A DNA stretch of 63,142 bases, counting the filler, from Trichomonas gallinae (lineage: Eukaryota): NCBI GenBank assembly GCA_008369845.1. It is 7 parts of 7 records of this genome, joined end to end, with 100 filler letters (N's around TTAATTAATTAA, not from the genome) between each part and the next. Parts side by side here need not be neighbours in the genome. Positions count along the whole stretch, not along the records: positions 1 to 28,339 come from MRSU01000999.1; positions 28,440 to 40,065 come from MRSU01001017.1; 5 more parts are not named here. The stretch is one strand, 5' to 3'. Made by a program: the position numbers and the translations under genes. The notes under the pieces were generated by a model, which saw only the letters and a list, made by a program, of their open reading frames with translations, was not told where the DNA came from and searched no databases. Shown here in pieces: positions 19,825 through 30,607 of the stretch; the first letter of the stretch is position 1; each line of letters starts with the position of its first letter.

Positions 19825-22800
19825 TTATTTCTGTCTGAGAACATCAACATAAGGCGCGTGTGGGAACATCAAGTTATCATACGGCACCAAATAATGCTCG
19901 TTGATATTGTTGATGTTTGTGTTCACGTCGTTGAGAGGATGCTGGAAGGCCGACTGGTTCATATAGAAGACAATCATTGCCTCCTCAGCGGTTTCTCTCA
20001 CGAGCGAAGGCAGTTCTCTCTTATTAACTACAACAGAATTCCGCAGAGGCCCGAACCACAACTCATCGTTGCGCGAGAAGGTATCTACCCTGAACAGGCC
20101 AGTCTGCAGCGGATAAATAACAATGTGGACTTGGTTGAACTGAGAAGTGATCGTTGAAGTGTTATAATCCTTCTCAGCTGTGCACCAGATGATGTGGACA
20201 TGGTCGTTGCCGATGTGCCGCTTCTTGTAGATCTGCTGCCCGTCTCCATCTGTGTTGTCGTTCGGGAGAAGAGGAGCGATATGGAACATCATCTCGTGCA
20301 TTGAGTTTGCGAAGTATATTGACGTCCGCCCGTTTCTTCCCTCCTTCTTGTCGAGGCCGCCGAAGTAGCCGCGGTGCTCCTTCAGAGAAACAGGCCAGCC
20401 AAGACCAGTGATGAATTCTCTAAAGTGAGGTGAAGTATCAGCGAAAGTCGTCGATAGAATCTGGTTCTGGTCAACAGCCTCGTTGTGGACGAACAAGACA
20501 CCGAACTTCGTGCCGAGGCGAGTGCTGAGCTGGTTGACTTTCTCTATGGCATCGCCAGCGCGCTGGTTCTGGTTCTCGATGACTTTGAGGTTCTTGAAGT
20601 TGTTGACGGTGACTCTTCCTGTGCTGGCGAATATCGCTGCGACTGGAGAGACGTGCTCTATTGGTGGATTCGGGAATTCAGCGTCCGTCGTGTACTTTCT
20701 GTTGTTGAACGCGTCGCTGCAGACTTCCATGTCCGACAATATCTTGTCGATGTTCGAGATGTCGTCGAATTCTGCCAAGTCGTGGAAGTCGCTGTGAAGT
20801 CTGTCGACCTGCTTTATAAGCTTGCTAGAGAAGTCAGTCTGGTGCGTGACAGAGTAAGGCTCGTCGATTTTCGCTGGAGAAGAAACATTGAAGAAGGTAT
20901 TGACAGCTTTTGGCTCGCTGTTCTGCAAAATTGATGGATAAATCGGTGTGAAATCCCAAACAAATTGGCCACTTGTTGTCTGGCTGGATATGCGCGTCTT
21001 CTCACCGTCTGTAATAGCACCAGTAACAATCCCATCAACGAGATAATATCTCGCATTGTCAACTTGACCCTTTTGGAAATAACGTCTGTTTGTCATGAAT
21101 TCTTGTGTTTGTGGGAGTGGGTAGCGCATGTATGTCACAGCCAAATGCTGAAGAGATCTTTGAATAAATTCTGTAATTTCTGAACTGAAGTTATTTAATC
21201 CCTCATTCAAGAATGTGATGAACTCGTTGTATTCTTGTCCGCATTTCATCACTGCTGATGACTCAATATACGCATCAACAGTTAATCTGATAACGTTAAA
21301 CACCCAAGTGTCGTTGTCGTTGCGTGTTACAGAGCAGCAGTACTTGGAGACACCACCTATGAAATTCCTTGCAATTGTTGCATCGATGCTTGCAATTCTT
21401 GAAATATACATCAATAAGCCTCTGATTGAGACTAAAGCCTCGAGACTTTTCAGTTTCAACGCATCGAGGAAGTAGTTCAGGAATCTGCCAATGAGAGATG
21501 GATCGGGATTAGGCAAAGTCAGTTCATCGCTGATTAAAACAGAATAAGCAGGAATTAGAAGCTCAAATAGGTTGATTTTGCGTGATTCGCCGGATTTTAC
21601 TGGTGTCATCATCCTGTTTTCCTTCATTGCAATGAGATGATATTTATCGATTAAACTTATTGCGCGTTTTCTTAGATTACCTGATGTATTTGTGAGGAAT
21701 GACATTGGATCGCTGATATATGCACGTTCGTATCTGAGAATTATAGAATTCACAGAATTTACAAAAGATGTTGGAATTGTTGTCGAAACATTGAGAAGAG
21801 GGAACGAAGAAAGGAATGAAATTGTCTGTGATGATGTTTTAATGAACGAAGCTTCTACTAAAGCCATCATCATTGGAATTAAAGTTGGAGATCCAGTAAA
21901 AGCGTGTTGTATTGTGTTTAGAGCTTGTTTAAAGCCTTCTTCGCGCATGTTTTCGTCAGCAGACAGCATCTGAAGGCATAAGGTAGCATACCACAAAGAT
22001 AAAGATTGGTCGTCGAGATAATTCTTCATCTGATTGATATTGAGGATCTGTGAGAGTATATTAAACGAAATATTGCGTATTCTGTCATCATTTATGTCTA
22101 AAATCGCCGAGAAAAGCTGGTTTCCGCAGAATTGAAATGGTAATGTTCCATTTATTTCAATTCCTGGCGGGAAAAGCAGAGATTTAGCGTAAGAGTCTGC
22201 TATTGCCATGATTGGTGCGAATCCGAGGATTCTTTCTTCGCCATTCAAATTCTTATAGAAATAAAATTGATTGATAAAGTAGACGATGCACTCAAGAATC
22301 TTGTCATCCGGAATGTTTAGCGGCTGTAAATGCATGTTTTCGAGGATTTTGTCGAATTGATTCAATTCTGGTAAGATTTGGTTGATTTTTTCGCAAACAA
22401 ATTCATGCGGAACTTCGTAAATTAACTGGAGGTTTTCGGCGATGAAGTCGTATACTGTGCTTTGACGATTTCTCTTATTTCGGCTGACAAAATTTTTGCT
22501 GTGAGTTACTGCTTCAGCTCCGAACTTATACAGCTTCGGCAGCGAGTAGTAGCACAAATACTGTGCGTAGAGCGAACAAGCGGCGGCGCCAATTGGACGA
22601 CGACAAAGTTCTTTCAGGAAGAAGTTCCAGATTTCAGGTCTACGCTCGTACGTTGACACGAGGTAGTAGACTATGCAGTGCGTAAAGTGGGCAAATGCGC
22701 CTTCTTCGTTTTCGTGCGTAACTAAAATTTTAGATAAACCTGTTCGTGACTGTTCGAAATCTTCCTTAACTAACAGGGAGTTCAGGTACTTGAAGATGAT

Positions 22801-23808
22801 GTCATACGAAGCGACAATAAGTGGTTCTTCGATGATACCATTATTTTTACAATTTGATGAAAGGACTTCGAATATAAGATCACCGATATTTTGCTGGAAT
22901 TTGTCGAATGATTTCGTGCAGAGCACGTATGTGCTTTCTTTTTCGTAGATTGCGGATATGAAATTAAATGTGACAATCAAATCGCTTGTACTTGGGTTGT
23001 AAGTTGTAGTACGGCAGATGCTGAGCATCATAATTATAGAATCCCTTGTGTAGAGAAGACAATCGAGTGATTTATAGTTATCTAAAATCTTTTTAAGAAA
23101 TGTGATAACGCAGCGATGTAAGTCTGATGGGAGAACTGTGAAACCGTAGTCGAATGTTTGTACTGAGTTTTTATCGCAGATTGATTTGTAAATCAATTTA
23201 ACAATACAATTGAAGAATAAATTCAAGCATAAGCCTTCGCGAATTGACCAATTCTTGAAAATAAATTCCAAAACCATTTCCAAAGCCTTAGAAGTATCTT
23301 GTGCAGACAAATAAGGTTGTGAAGGATCAATTATCGGACATGTATACGCATAAATAGATGCGTTATATAGAGCCATGTCTTCTGGCTTTGCAACAATGAA
23401 GTAAGGAACAATCAGCGGACTCGAATGTTCAAGATCTGAAATGTTGTGGTCGTTAATAACAGAAAGCAAGCAAAGGTAGTTCTCGAGTGACTCCATGAAA
23501 TACGGCTGAGGTGTTTTCGGATGAAGAAGAACGCAAAATATTTTGTCCAAAAGCTGGATATCGTCTGTTCTAAGGGTTCCTGGGCCTGCGACCTGGAATA
23601 TCTTTTTCATACAAGCATTTAACGACTTTCCGTCCACATATTTCGCTTTTTTAAAGAATCCACTTTCTTGTTCTCGATTAAATTCGTTAAGGTATGCGAT
23701 AACGTTTTCTAGGAATTGGTGAAATCCACTCTTTAGGTACGCCTGTGGACTAAACGCCTTGTCTGTGAGAATAGTTTTCATATTCAGCTCACAAGGGTGA
23801 GGCGCCAT
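19825..23808 (-). CDS. Large Rap/Ran-GAP domain protein (RalGAP-alpha/tuberin-like)
   Basis: C-terminal KFGVLFV..QILS..FITGLGW..GGLD..EMMFHIA..KKRHIGNDHVHIIW with the catalytic Asn. Confidence 0.9.
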   Translation of the reverse strand: MAPHPCELNMKTILTDKAFSPQAYLKSGFHQFLENVIAYLNEFNREQESGFFKKAKYVDGKSLNACMKKIFQVAGPGTLRTDDIQLLDKIFCVLLHPKTPQPYFMESLENYLCLLSVINDHNISDLEHSSPLIVPYFIVAKPEDMALYNASIYAYTCPIIDPSQPYLSAQDTSKALEMVLEFIFKNWSIREGLCLNLFFNCIVKLIYKSICDKNSVQTFDYGFTVLPSDLHRCVITFLKKILDNYKSLDCLLYTRDSIIMMLSICRTTTYNPSTSDLIVTFNFISAIYEKESTYVLCTKSFDKFQQNIGDLIFEVLSSNCKNNGIIEEPLIVASYDIIFKYLNSLLVKEDFEQSRTGLSKILVTHENEEGAFAHFTHCIVYYLVSTYERRPEIWNFFLKELCRRPIGAAACSLYAQYLCYYSLPKLYKFGAEAVTHSKNFVSRNKRNRQSTVYDFIAENLQLIYEVPHEFVCEKINQILPELNQFDKILENMHLQPLNIPDDKILECIVYFINQFYFYKNLNGEERILGFAPIMAIADSYAKSLLFPPGIEINGTLPFQFCGNQLFSAILDINDDRIRNISFNILSQILNINQMKNYLDDQSLSLWYATLCLQMLSADENMREEGFKQALNTIQHAFTGSPTLIPMMMALVEASFIKTSSQTISFLSSFPLLNVSTTIPTSFVNSVNSIILRYERAYISDPMSFLTNTSGNLRKRAISLIDKYHLIAMKENRMMTPVKSGESRKINLFELLIPAYSVLISDELTLPNPDPSLIGRFLNYFLDALKLKSLEALVSIRGLLMYISRIASIDATIARNFIGGVSKYCCSVTRNDNDTWVFNVIRLTVDAYIESSAVMKCGQEYNEFITFLNEGLNNFSSEITEFIQRSLQHLAVTYMRYPLPQTQEFMTNRRYFQKGQVDNARYYLVDGIVTGAITDGEKTRISSQTTSGQFVWDFTPIYPSILQNSEPKAVNTFFNVSSPAKIDEPYSVTHQTDFSSKLIKQVDRLHSDFHDLAEFDDISNIDKILSDMEVCSDAFNNRKYTTDAEFPNPPIEHVSPVAAIFASTGRVTVNNFKNLKVIENQNQRAGDAIEKVNQLSTRLGTKFGVLFVHNEAVDQNQILSTTFADTSPHFREFITGLGWPVSLKEHRGYFGGLDKKEGRNGRTSIYFANSMHEMMFHIAPLLPNDNTDGDGQQIYKKRHIGNDHVHIIWCTAEKDYNTSTITSQFNQVHIVIYPLQTGLFRVDTFSRNDELWFGPLRNSVVVNKRELPSLVRETAEEAMIVFYMNQSAFQHPLNDVNTNINNINEHYLVPYDNLMFPHAPYVDVLRQK

Positions 23809-24645
23809 ATGAAATTTACAATTTTTCAAAAAAGATTTAAGGCTTATAGCTATTCTTATAGATACAACATTTTTTACAAAATTGGAGTTAAACTTTAAGG
23901 TTAAGATTTCTTTCCCTTCTCACTTTTACATATTTTCTTTTTTTACAATGATATAAATGGATGATTATTTTTCTTTCTTTTCTCAAAATTAATCTGAAAT
24001 TTGGCGGTTTTCTGATATCATTTTATGTTTTTAAACTTATACAAATTATAAAACTAAATACGAAAATTATAAAATTGACAGTTATTTTTTGTTTACATTT
24101 TTGAAATTTGATTTTTTTTTAAAGTCAAAAATAACAATCACGCTCTCAAAGCTGGTGGGCATTATAATGCATAAATCTTATCAACTTTTTTTATATTTTT
24201 GCTCTGAACTTTGAGATATTGGTTGATATGCATATAACAATAATAAAAATGCTCTTAAAGCAATATTATATTGATTCGTTAGGCATCTTAATTGTGATAT
24301 TTTTTTGATTTGAATAAATCTCATGAATTTTCTTATGATTATTAGAATAAATATATAAAATCGTTAGAATATTATGTAGTTTCAAAGAATTGATGAATTT
24401 ATAATATATTATTGAAAAATATTATATTTTATTTTTATCTAATTGGAATACAAATTTAGAATAAATCAGTCATATGTTGATTAAATACAAATAATTTAAG
24501 TGATAAAACTGAATATTTATAAATTGAAAATTAAAATATTTATGAAAAACAATAAGTTATAATGCAAAAAGTGAAAATAATAATATAATAATTAAAATTG
24601 CATAATAAAAGAATAAATGATAATCAAAAAGAAAATAACAAAAAA

Positions 24646-26076
24646 ATGAAAGTTGCTCCACCGAAGAAATTTAGTCTCATTGGTTTCATTAGTAAGTGGA
24701 CGAAAGAGACTAGTGACGTAATGATTGTCCTACTGTTCTCCATACAGATCTTGTTCTGCGATGCATTAACAAAATACGGAGTCACTGCAGCAATCTGGCT
24801 CATTTATTGGGTATGGAGAAGAGATAATTGGCTAGTTGCAGTATACAATCTAATTCTGTTCTATTTCATCGGAAATGACTATTTCGAATTATCAACTCGT
24901 TGTTTCTTATTCTACTGCACTTCAAACATTGCCTTTCACATGAACAAAAATACTCTTGCTGCTATTTACGACTTATCTTTAGTATTCGTTTTCGTATTTT
25001 TCGGAGGATACGGATTCAGACAGAATAGAGACGTTTCTGTTGCAGTGGGGGCTTCTCTATTCTTCCCACTCTTCTTCGGGGATATACAAAATGACCTGTT
25101 GAATGTTCATTTTTATGCGCCTTTTGCAGCCGCTGGAGTTCTTTTCTATTACGAGGACTTTGTGCACGCATTTCCGTTTATTTTGTCATTCCTCACAACA
25201 ATATGCCACTGGCCTGACGAATATCCTACATTTAAGAATACAAAATATTCAAGAAATGTTATTACAGTATTTGTGATCATTTTAGGTGCTCTCTACTACG
25301 AATACAGACAGGGAATTATTTTAGAGTCTTACAATATTACATATGATTCGCTTCACATGGCTCCAATTTTGATTTCGCTTTTTATTTCGTATTTGGGATT
25401 TGTTTTCTGGAACAAAGAGTACTCTAAGCAATACAGATATGGATATTCGCAGCTACATCACATCGTCTCATTATGTACAGTTATAATAATGATTTTTGGC
25501 GAAATTTTGCATTTAATGGAAACGCTTTACAAACTTTGGTACTTACATCCTGTTGGATCCGATAGAAGTTCTGTTGTTTTGGCTATTGTCATACTTGCTT
25601 TAGCGTTTTCATTATATTTTATATACGATTGGAAAGATTTAGATAATATTAATCAAATTATTTTCACAAACATTTATATTTTAATACTTCAACACGCTGC
25701 CGTTTTAATTTCACATTTCATGATTTTATATTTCGATTTCTTCAGAATTGAATTCATTTTGCGATTGTTAGTTGCATTTTATTCACTATATATTTCATAT
25801 CCACTCCTCAAATCTGCAATTTCACTTCTTTTATATCATCCAGGAGAATTATACAATGAAATCTATCAGATTATCGACGAATTCTGCCATGTTAAGCACA
25901 TAGATATAAGATATGGCTCCGAAAAGTGGGTTGTTGAAGCAAAATGTCAATTGAAGGATCGTAGGATGCGTGTTGGTGTTCCATCAAAGTTCTTCCATGA
26001 AAAGTTCAAGAAATTGAACATTGATGCTACAATAGAAATCATAGATGCTCCTCCTCCACCAAAACCAAATTATTAA
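24646..26076 (+). CDS. Polytopic membrane protein, degenerate cation diffusion facilitator (ZnT5/Msc2-like)
   Basis: Many TM helices; YRYGYSQL..METLYKL and YPLLKSAISLLL resemble CDF motifs; CDF-like C-terminal domain. Confidence 0.55.
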   Translation: MKVAPPKKFSLIGFISKWTKETSDVMIVLLFSIQILFCDALTKYGVTAAIWLIYWVWRRDNWLVAVYNLILFYFIGNDYFELSTRCFLFYCTSNIAFHMNKNTLAAIYDLSLVFVFVFFGGYGFRQNRDVSVAVGASLFFPLFFGDIQNDLLNVHFYAPFAAAGVLFYYEDFVHAFPFILSFLTTICHWPDEYPTFKNTKYSRNVITVFVIILGALYYEYRQGIILESYNITYDSLHMAPILISLFISYLGFVFWNKEYSKQYRYGYSQLHHIVSLCTVIIMIFGEILHLMETLYKLWYLHPVGSDRSSVVLAIVILALAFSLYFIYDWKDLDNINQIIFTNIYILILQHAAVLISHFMILYFDFFRIEFILRLLVAFYSLYISYPLLKSAISLLLYHPGELYNEIYQIIDEFCHVKHIDIRYGSEKWVVEAKCQLKDRRMRVGVPSKFFHEKFKKLNIDATIEIIDAPPPPKPNY

Positions 26077-26266
26077 TTTTTTTATGTGTTCTATTTTTGT
26101 TTTGTTACGATATAGTTTTGCATACAATGATAAAAGTTTCAATATTATATGATAGATATGATTTTAAAGTGATTGCGAAAATTCAAAAATAAAAATTGCA
26201 ACGTTCGTGTAAATGTTTAAATTCAAAAAAGAAAACGAATAAAATGAAAAAGAAGGGCGATGAAAT

Positions 26267-26893
26267 TTACCATCCATAGGTTAATGGAGTATTAAATTGG
26301 TCTTTAGTTGGGATGGCCGAGTCATCGTTATCACCGGACCTGCATGCGATCCAGAAGAGAAGAGCAATAATAAGGATGAAGAGAACAAAGACACCAATAA
26401 GAATTCCACCGATTGCCTTAAAGTTCTTTTCGATTGCTTGACCATACTTCTCGCAGTTCGTATCGCGGTACTTTTCTTCGCATTTATCGGAATAATTGTC
26501 TAATTCACTGTAATTGCAGCAATGTGAAAAGTTCTGTACAAGCTCGCCGAAGTTGTTCTTATACCAATTGTCGTGAAGTATCTGTGGCACATTCTTTCCG
26601 AAGATAAAAACAATAATCGCGATAACAAAGATTGCAAGATCGAAAATTACAAGTATAATAGAGACCATGTTTCTTGTGCATTTGTTATTGCAGATTGAAA
26701 ATAATACGCAGATGACAAGAAGACAGCCGACTACGATTGCTGAGATAATTAACCATGTTTTATATTTCTTTAAGCTATCGGTATTGAGAAATGTATGATA
26801 CGCCGCGAGAAGGTAGATGAGGCTGGCTAAGGCAGCGCCTATCAACACGAAGCATGTCACTAAGAAAGTTGTTGCTTTGCAACAGTCTCCCAT
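26267..26893 (-). CDS. Tetraspanin-family protein
   Basis: Four TM helices; large extracellular loop with HCCNY and two further Cys; juxtamembrane Cys. Confidence 0.75.
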   Translation of the reverse strand: MGDCCKATTFLVTCFVLIGAALASLIYLLAAYHTFLNTDSLKKYKTWLIISAIVVGCLLVICVLFSICNNKCTRNMVSIILVIFDLAIFVIAIIVFIFGKNVPQILHDNWYKNNFGELVQNFSHCCNYSELDNYSDKCEEKYRDTNCEKYGQAIEKNFKAIGGILIGVFVLFILIIALLFWIACRSGDNDDSAIPTKDQFNTPLTYGW

Positions 26894-27232
26894 TTTCTTA
26901 ATAGAAATTCAATGATTTACATCGGATCGGATACGAAATTTTTCTGATATCTGACAAATTGACATGTAAATTGTCAAGTTTCGCATATGATGCTTCTCAA
27001 AATATTGAGAGTTTCGGGATCCAGAAAATTGACAATAAGGTTTATGATATTTCTCCACACAAATGATTTTTACTTTTATCAAACATCTTATAATATAGAA
27101 AATGCAATATCTATAAAAGATAAAATCGCCAAAATACTGTAAATTGAAATTATTGTCATGTAAAATTTTTATATGTCATATTTTATTATTATTCTCATGA
27201 TTATAATTTTGTATTGAAATAAATTTAAACAT

Positions 27233-27748
27233 TTATTGTTTTTGTTTTAAGCATTCTGGGAAGTTCTTTGGGAGTTCTGATGCTGCGCACGCGATGACAG
27301 ACTCGTTGTTAATGCCGCAGTCTTCGACGAAAGTGATGGTTGCGAATTCATCGATGACTTCTGTTGGGTAAGCTGGGCCTTCTTCGCGATATTTCTCCAT
27401 AAGAGGGATGTGCTCGTTCTGGAAACAGACTGTCTTCTTCGGGTCGTTGATAATCCAGCGTGGGAAGAAGATTGTGCCGTGGTAAATCATGTCTTGGAGG
27501 TTTGCGATCAAACTGACGTCTGTGCCTGTTGGCTCGGTCCATGATATCTTGTATATCTGCTGGCCAACACGTGCTATGAATACTTTCTGGTCTTTGACCC
27601 ATCTGTTCGCAACAATGCCGCTGAGAATTCTGTAATCCATCGTATTTTCGTTCTTAATGTAGACCTCGTAGTTCCAGCCGTTGTCATATGTGTAGACAAT
27701 GTGCTTTCCGAGGAATCCACTCAAGTCGTGTTTGTCGAATGAAGCCAT
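27233..27748 (-). CDS. padC: Phenolic (hydroxycinnamic) acid decarboxylase, bacterial type
   Basis: YTYDNGW, NRWVKDQ, SWTEPTGTDVSL, HGTIFFPRW, TVCFQN, YPTEVIDEFATITF. Confidence 0.95.
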   Translation of the reverse strand: MASFDKHDLSGFLGKHIVYTYDNGWNYEVYIKNENTMDYRILSGIVANRWVKDQKVFIARVGQQIYKISWTEPTGTDVSLIANLQDMIYHGTIFFPRWIINDPKKTVCFQNEHIPLMEKYREEGPAYPTEVIDEFATITFVEDCGINNESVIACAASELPKNFPECLKQKQ

Positions 27749-28058
27749 TTCGTTCTAAAATGAAGTGATATATTTGTGAACCATTCAATAAAATTTTTGT
27801 AAAACAGACTTTGCTTTATATATGACATATAACGAAATTTTATGACCGAGTGTTTTTTTTTATTTTTTGAATCCACAGAGGTTAATTTGATCGATCAAGT
27901 TTGTTGATTCAGCACACAAATTATATAATAGGTAGAGAAGCTATAGTTTCAATGTAAAGCGAAAATATCAAAAATTTGAATAAATTTTGTATATCATCAT
28001 TACAACTATGACAACATTATCTGCTGGACAAATGTTTTCCATCTATTCATACAATAAC

Positions 28059-28339
28059 TTAATTTAAACTAACGTTTTGTGCCTGAATTATCTTCGCTTT
28101 ATATGTATCTCGGAATTTGCTTGGGTGGAGGTGTAGGCACTGATCTGCGGATTTTGTTTCTCGGCTCTGGATGGGGGATGTCAATTTTCGCTCTTTTACC
28201 ATTTTGTGATTTCTCGTTGGCGAATTATTAACACGCTTTAATTTGCTTCTCGTTGACATTGGCTCATCATCCGAATCTGAACTGAAAGTTTTAGATTTAG
28301 GCTTGGGCTTATTCTTCTTGTTTTTATTCTTTCTCGCTT
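28059..28339 (-). CDS. 3' end of a basic low-complexity protein (truncated by gap)
   Basis: Open from the gap: ARKNKNKKNKPKPKSKTFSSDSDDEPMSTR.. to the stop at 28059. Confidence 0.55.
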
Positions 28340-28439
28340 NNNNNNNNNNNNNNNNNNNNNNNNNNNNNNNNNNNNNNNNNNNNTTAATTAATTAANNNNN
28401 NNNNNNNNNNNNNNNNNNNNNNNNNNNNNNNNNNNNNNN
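28340..28439. other. Artificial contig linker
   Basis: N run + TTAATTAATTAA (six-frame stop) + N run, 100 nt. Confidence 0.98.
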
Positions 28440-29195
28440 GAAAACTTTCCTGAAACGTCGACTTCAAGCGCCTCTTCTTTGTCTGTGAAGCATTTCGATG
28501 TTGTGAAGTTGTGTTCGAACACACGAAGGTAGTAAAAACCTTGGTATTTTGTGTATACTTTGTCTTCAACATAGAAAACTTTGAAACTCAATTTAGCATC
28601 ATCATCTATTGAATATTATGATAGCTCCAGCAATCTTAATTGAAACTCATTGACAATCAATGAGTTTCCCTTATCACCGCAATCATTACTGTACTTTAAA
28701 AACCTTATTGTAAATTTAGTTTACATGGCAGAATGTAATCTTTTTTTACAAATTACAGGCGAGATTTTGCCTGTAATCGTGAATATTTGCTAATGAATAA
28801 TATTAAAATATTTTTCATTGGATTATATAGATTTTTATTTAATAATATTAAATTCTATTGCTAATATTGCAGAAAAAGAATTTCTCGTGAGTTATTTAAA
28901 GGGATCTTTTGAATAACTAATAATTTCTTTATGCTGAAGACTTATAAATATTGATAATTGCAATAAAATTTAAGTTATTTAATTTAATATAAAATCTTGG
29001 ATTAATAATATTGGATATATTTATATTTCATTCACCATATGCTATATTCATGCACCAATTTGGATCAAAGCAGTAATTTTTAATAAATTTTTAATTTAAG
29101 CTTAAACAGCATTTTCTTTGATATATTCATTTCAATAAACTGATGAAAATTAGATTTACAATGATTAATGATGAGTGTTCCATCAAAATTTTTCA

Positions 29196-30295
29196 ATGCT
29201 TTCTGATGAATTTCAGCCAAGCATTGACCCGAGTGAGTTGAGGCGGGACATGTATGCTTATATATGTGTGGCAACGGGAAAGAGTTTAAATATGTTTTCT
29301 ATGCAATCAATAAATGGATCTGGCTCTCTTTACAAATAAAAATTCATCCATCAATTCAACCTTTAATTACACATCCTATTAGATGTCACAGAGAAGATAT
29401 ATCTTTTAATACAGCAGTGACTTTTCAGCTAAATCAATTACAATTTCCAACAGAAGACCTCGATATAAAGATAGAATTGCATTCACATCATCTAGTTTCA
29501 TCTCAACATATCGCAACATGTTATTGTCCTCTGGAAAATTCACAATTAGACATGAATTTCAGGAAACCGTTATATTATTTTTACAAGCAATCGCATTTAC
29601 CTTTTTTTGATGACAGAACAGGCGATGAATTAGCTATTTTAGTTGTTACGATAGCATTTGGCTATGAAGAACACATAAATTATGTTGAACCTTCGATGAA
29701 ATTCAATTCTATTCTTTTAAAATACAAAAATTCTAATACAGATTCTAATCCAATGTTTATACTTGAGACAGAGGAAAAAGATGAAGAAATTTGGGATAAA
29801 TTTGATCATCACAAAGAATATTCGCCTATAACAGAACAAAATATGAAGAAATCATTAAATATACATAATCTAAGCTCTAATTCTACAGATGATGAAGAAT
29901 CATCAAATTCATCAAATAATCTCGAAAATTCGACGTTGAAAAACCTATTATCTCCATGTACAACACCAATAAAGGAAATTAATAAATTATTGGACGAAGA
30001 TATTGATCATGAAAATCGAATTGATCTTTTTATACAGAAAAAGATGTTCCAAATGACTCCACGGTCAGAAATTAAGAAAAGGAGAGTTATGTCGCTTACG
30101 CCATTTCAAAAAGACAAGTTGAATCGTTTTTCAACTCCACCTGGCCATATTGGCTCACCAATCAAAAGGAGTCCTTCCATCGATAGAATTATTAATGGAG
30201 AAGATGACATAATGAACTTACATCTCTCCAGCTCAAGCGATGGATCAATTGATGATTTCTCAACTCCTAAACGTCGCAGCCATTTTCATAAATAA
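29196..30295 (+). CDS. Hypothetical protein with C2-like N-terminal region; probable frameshift near 29325
   Basis: Main ORF 29264-30295 (LQIKIHP..ISFNTAVTF..IKIELH..HIATCYCPL); overlapping upstream frame 29196-29339 (MLSDEFQPSIDPSELRRDMYAYICVATGKSL..). Confidence 0.55.
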
Positions 30296-30607
30296 ATCTT
30301 GTTTGTATTTCTCTTAATTGCAGAATTTTTCCTCAAACATAATTTTTGAATTTTATTTCGATATTTCAAATATGAGGAATATGTAAAAATTCATTACAAT
30401 AGAGTATAACACCCGTATTAAATATTGCATTAAGAGAAATGAGAATATCATGAATTTCACTGTGCAAATTTGATTTGTCATAAATTTACTTGGCAAAATT
30501 TAAATTACATGTCAAGGTATAATCGATTTGTCAATTTGGCAAAAAGTATATTTATTTGTCAAATTTCAATTTATTTGTCAATTTTTGTATTTTGTCAAAA
30601 AATTTTA

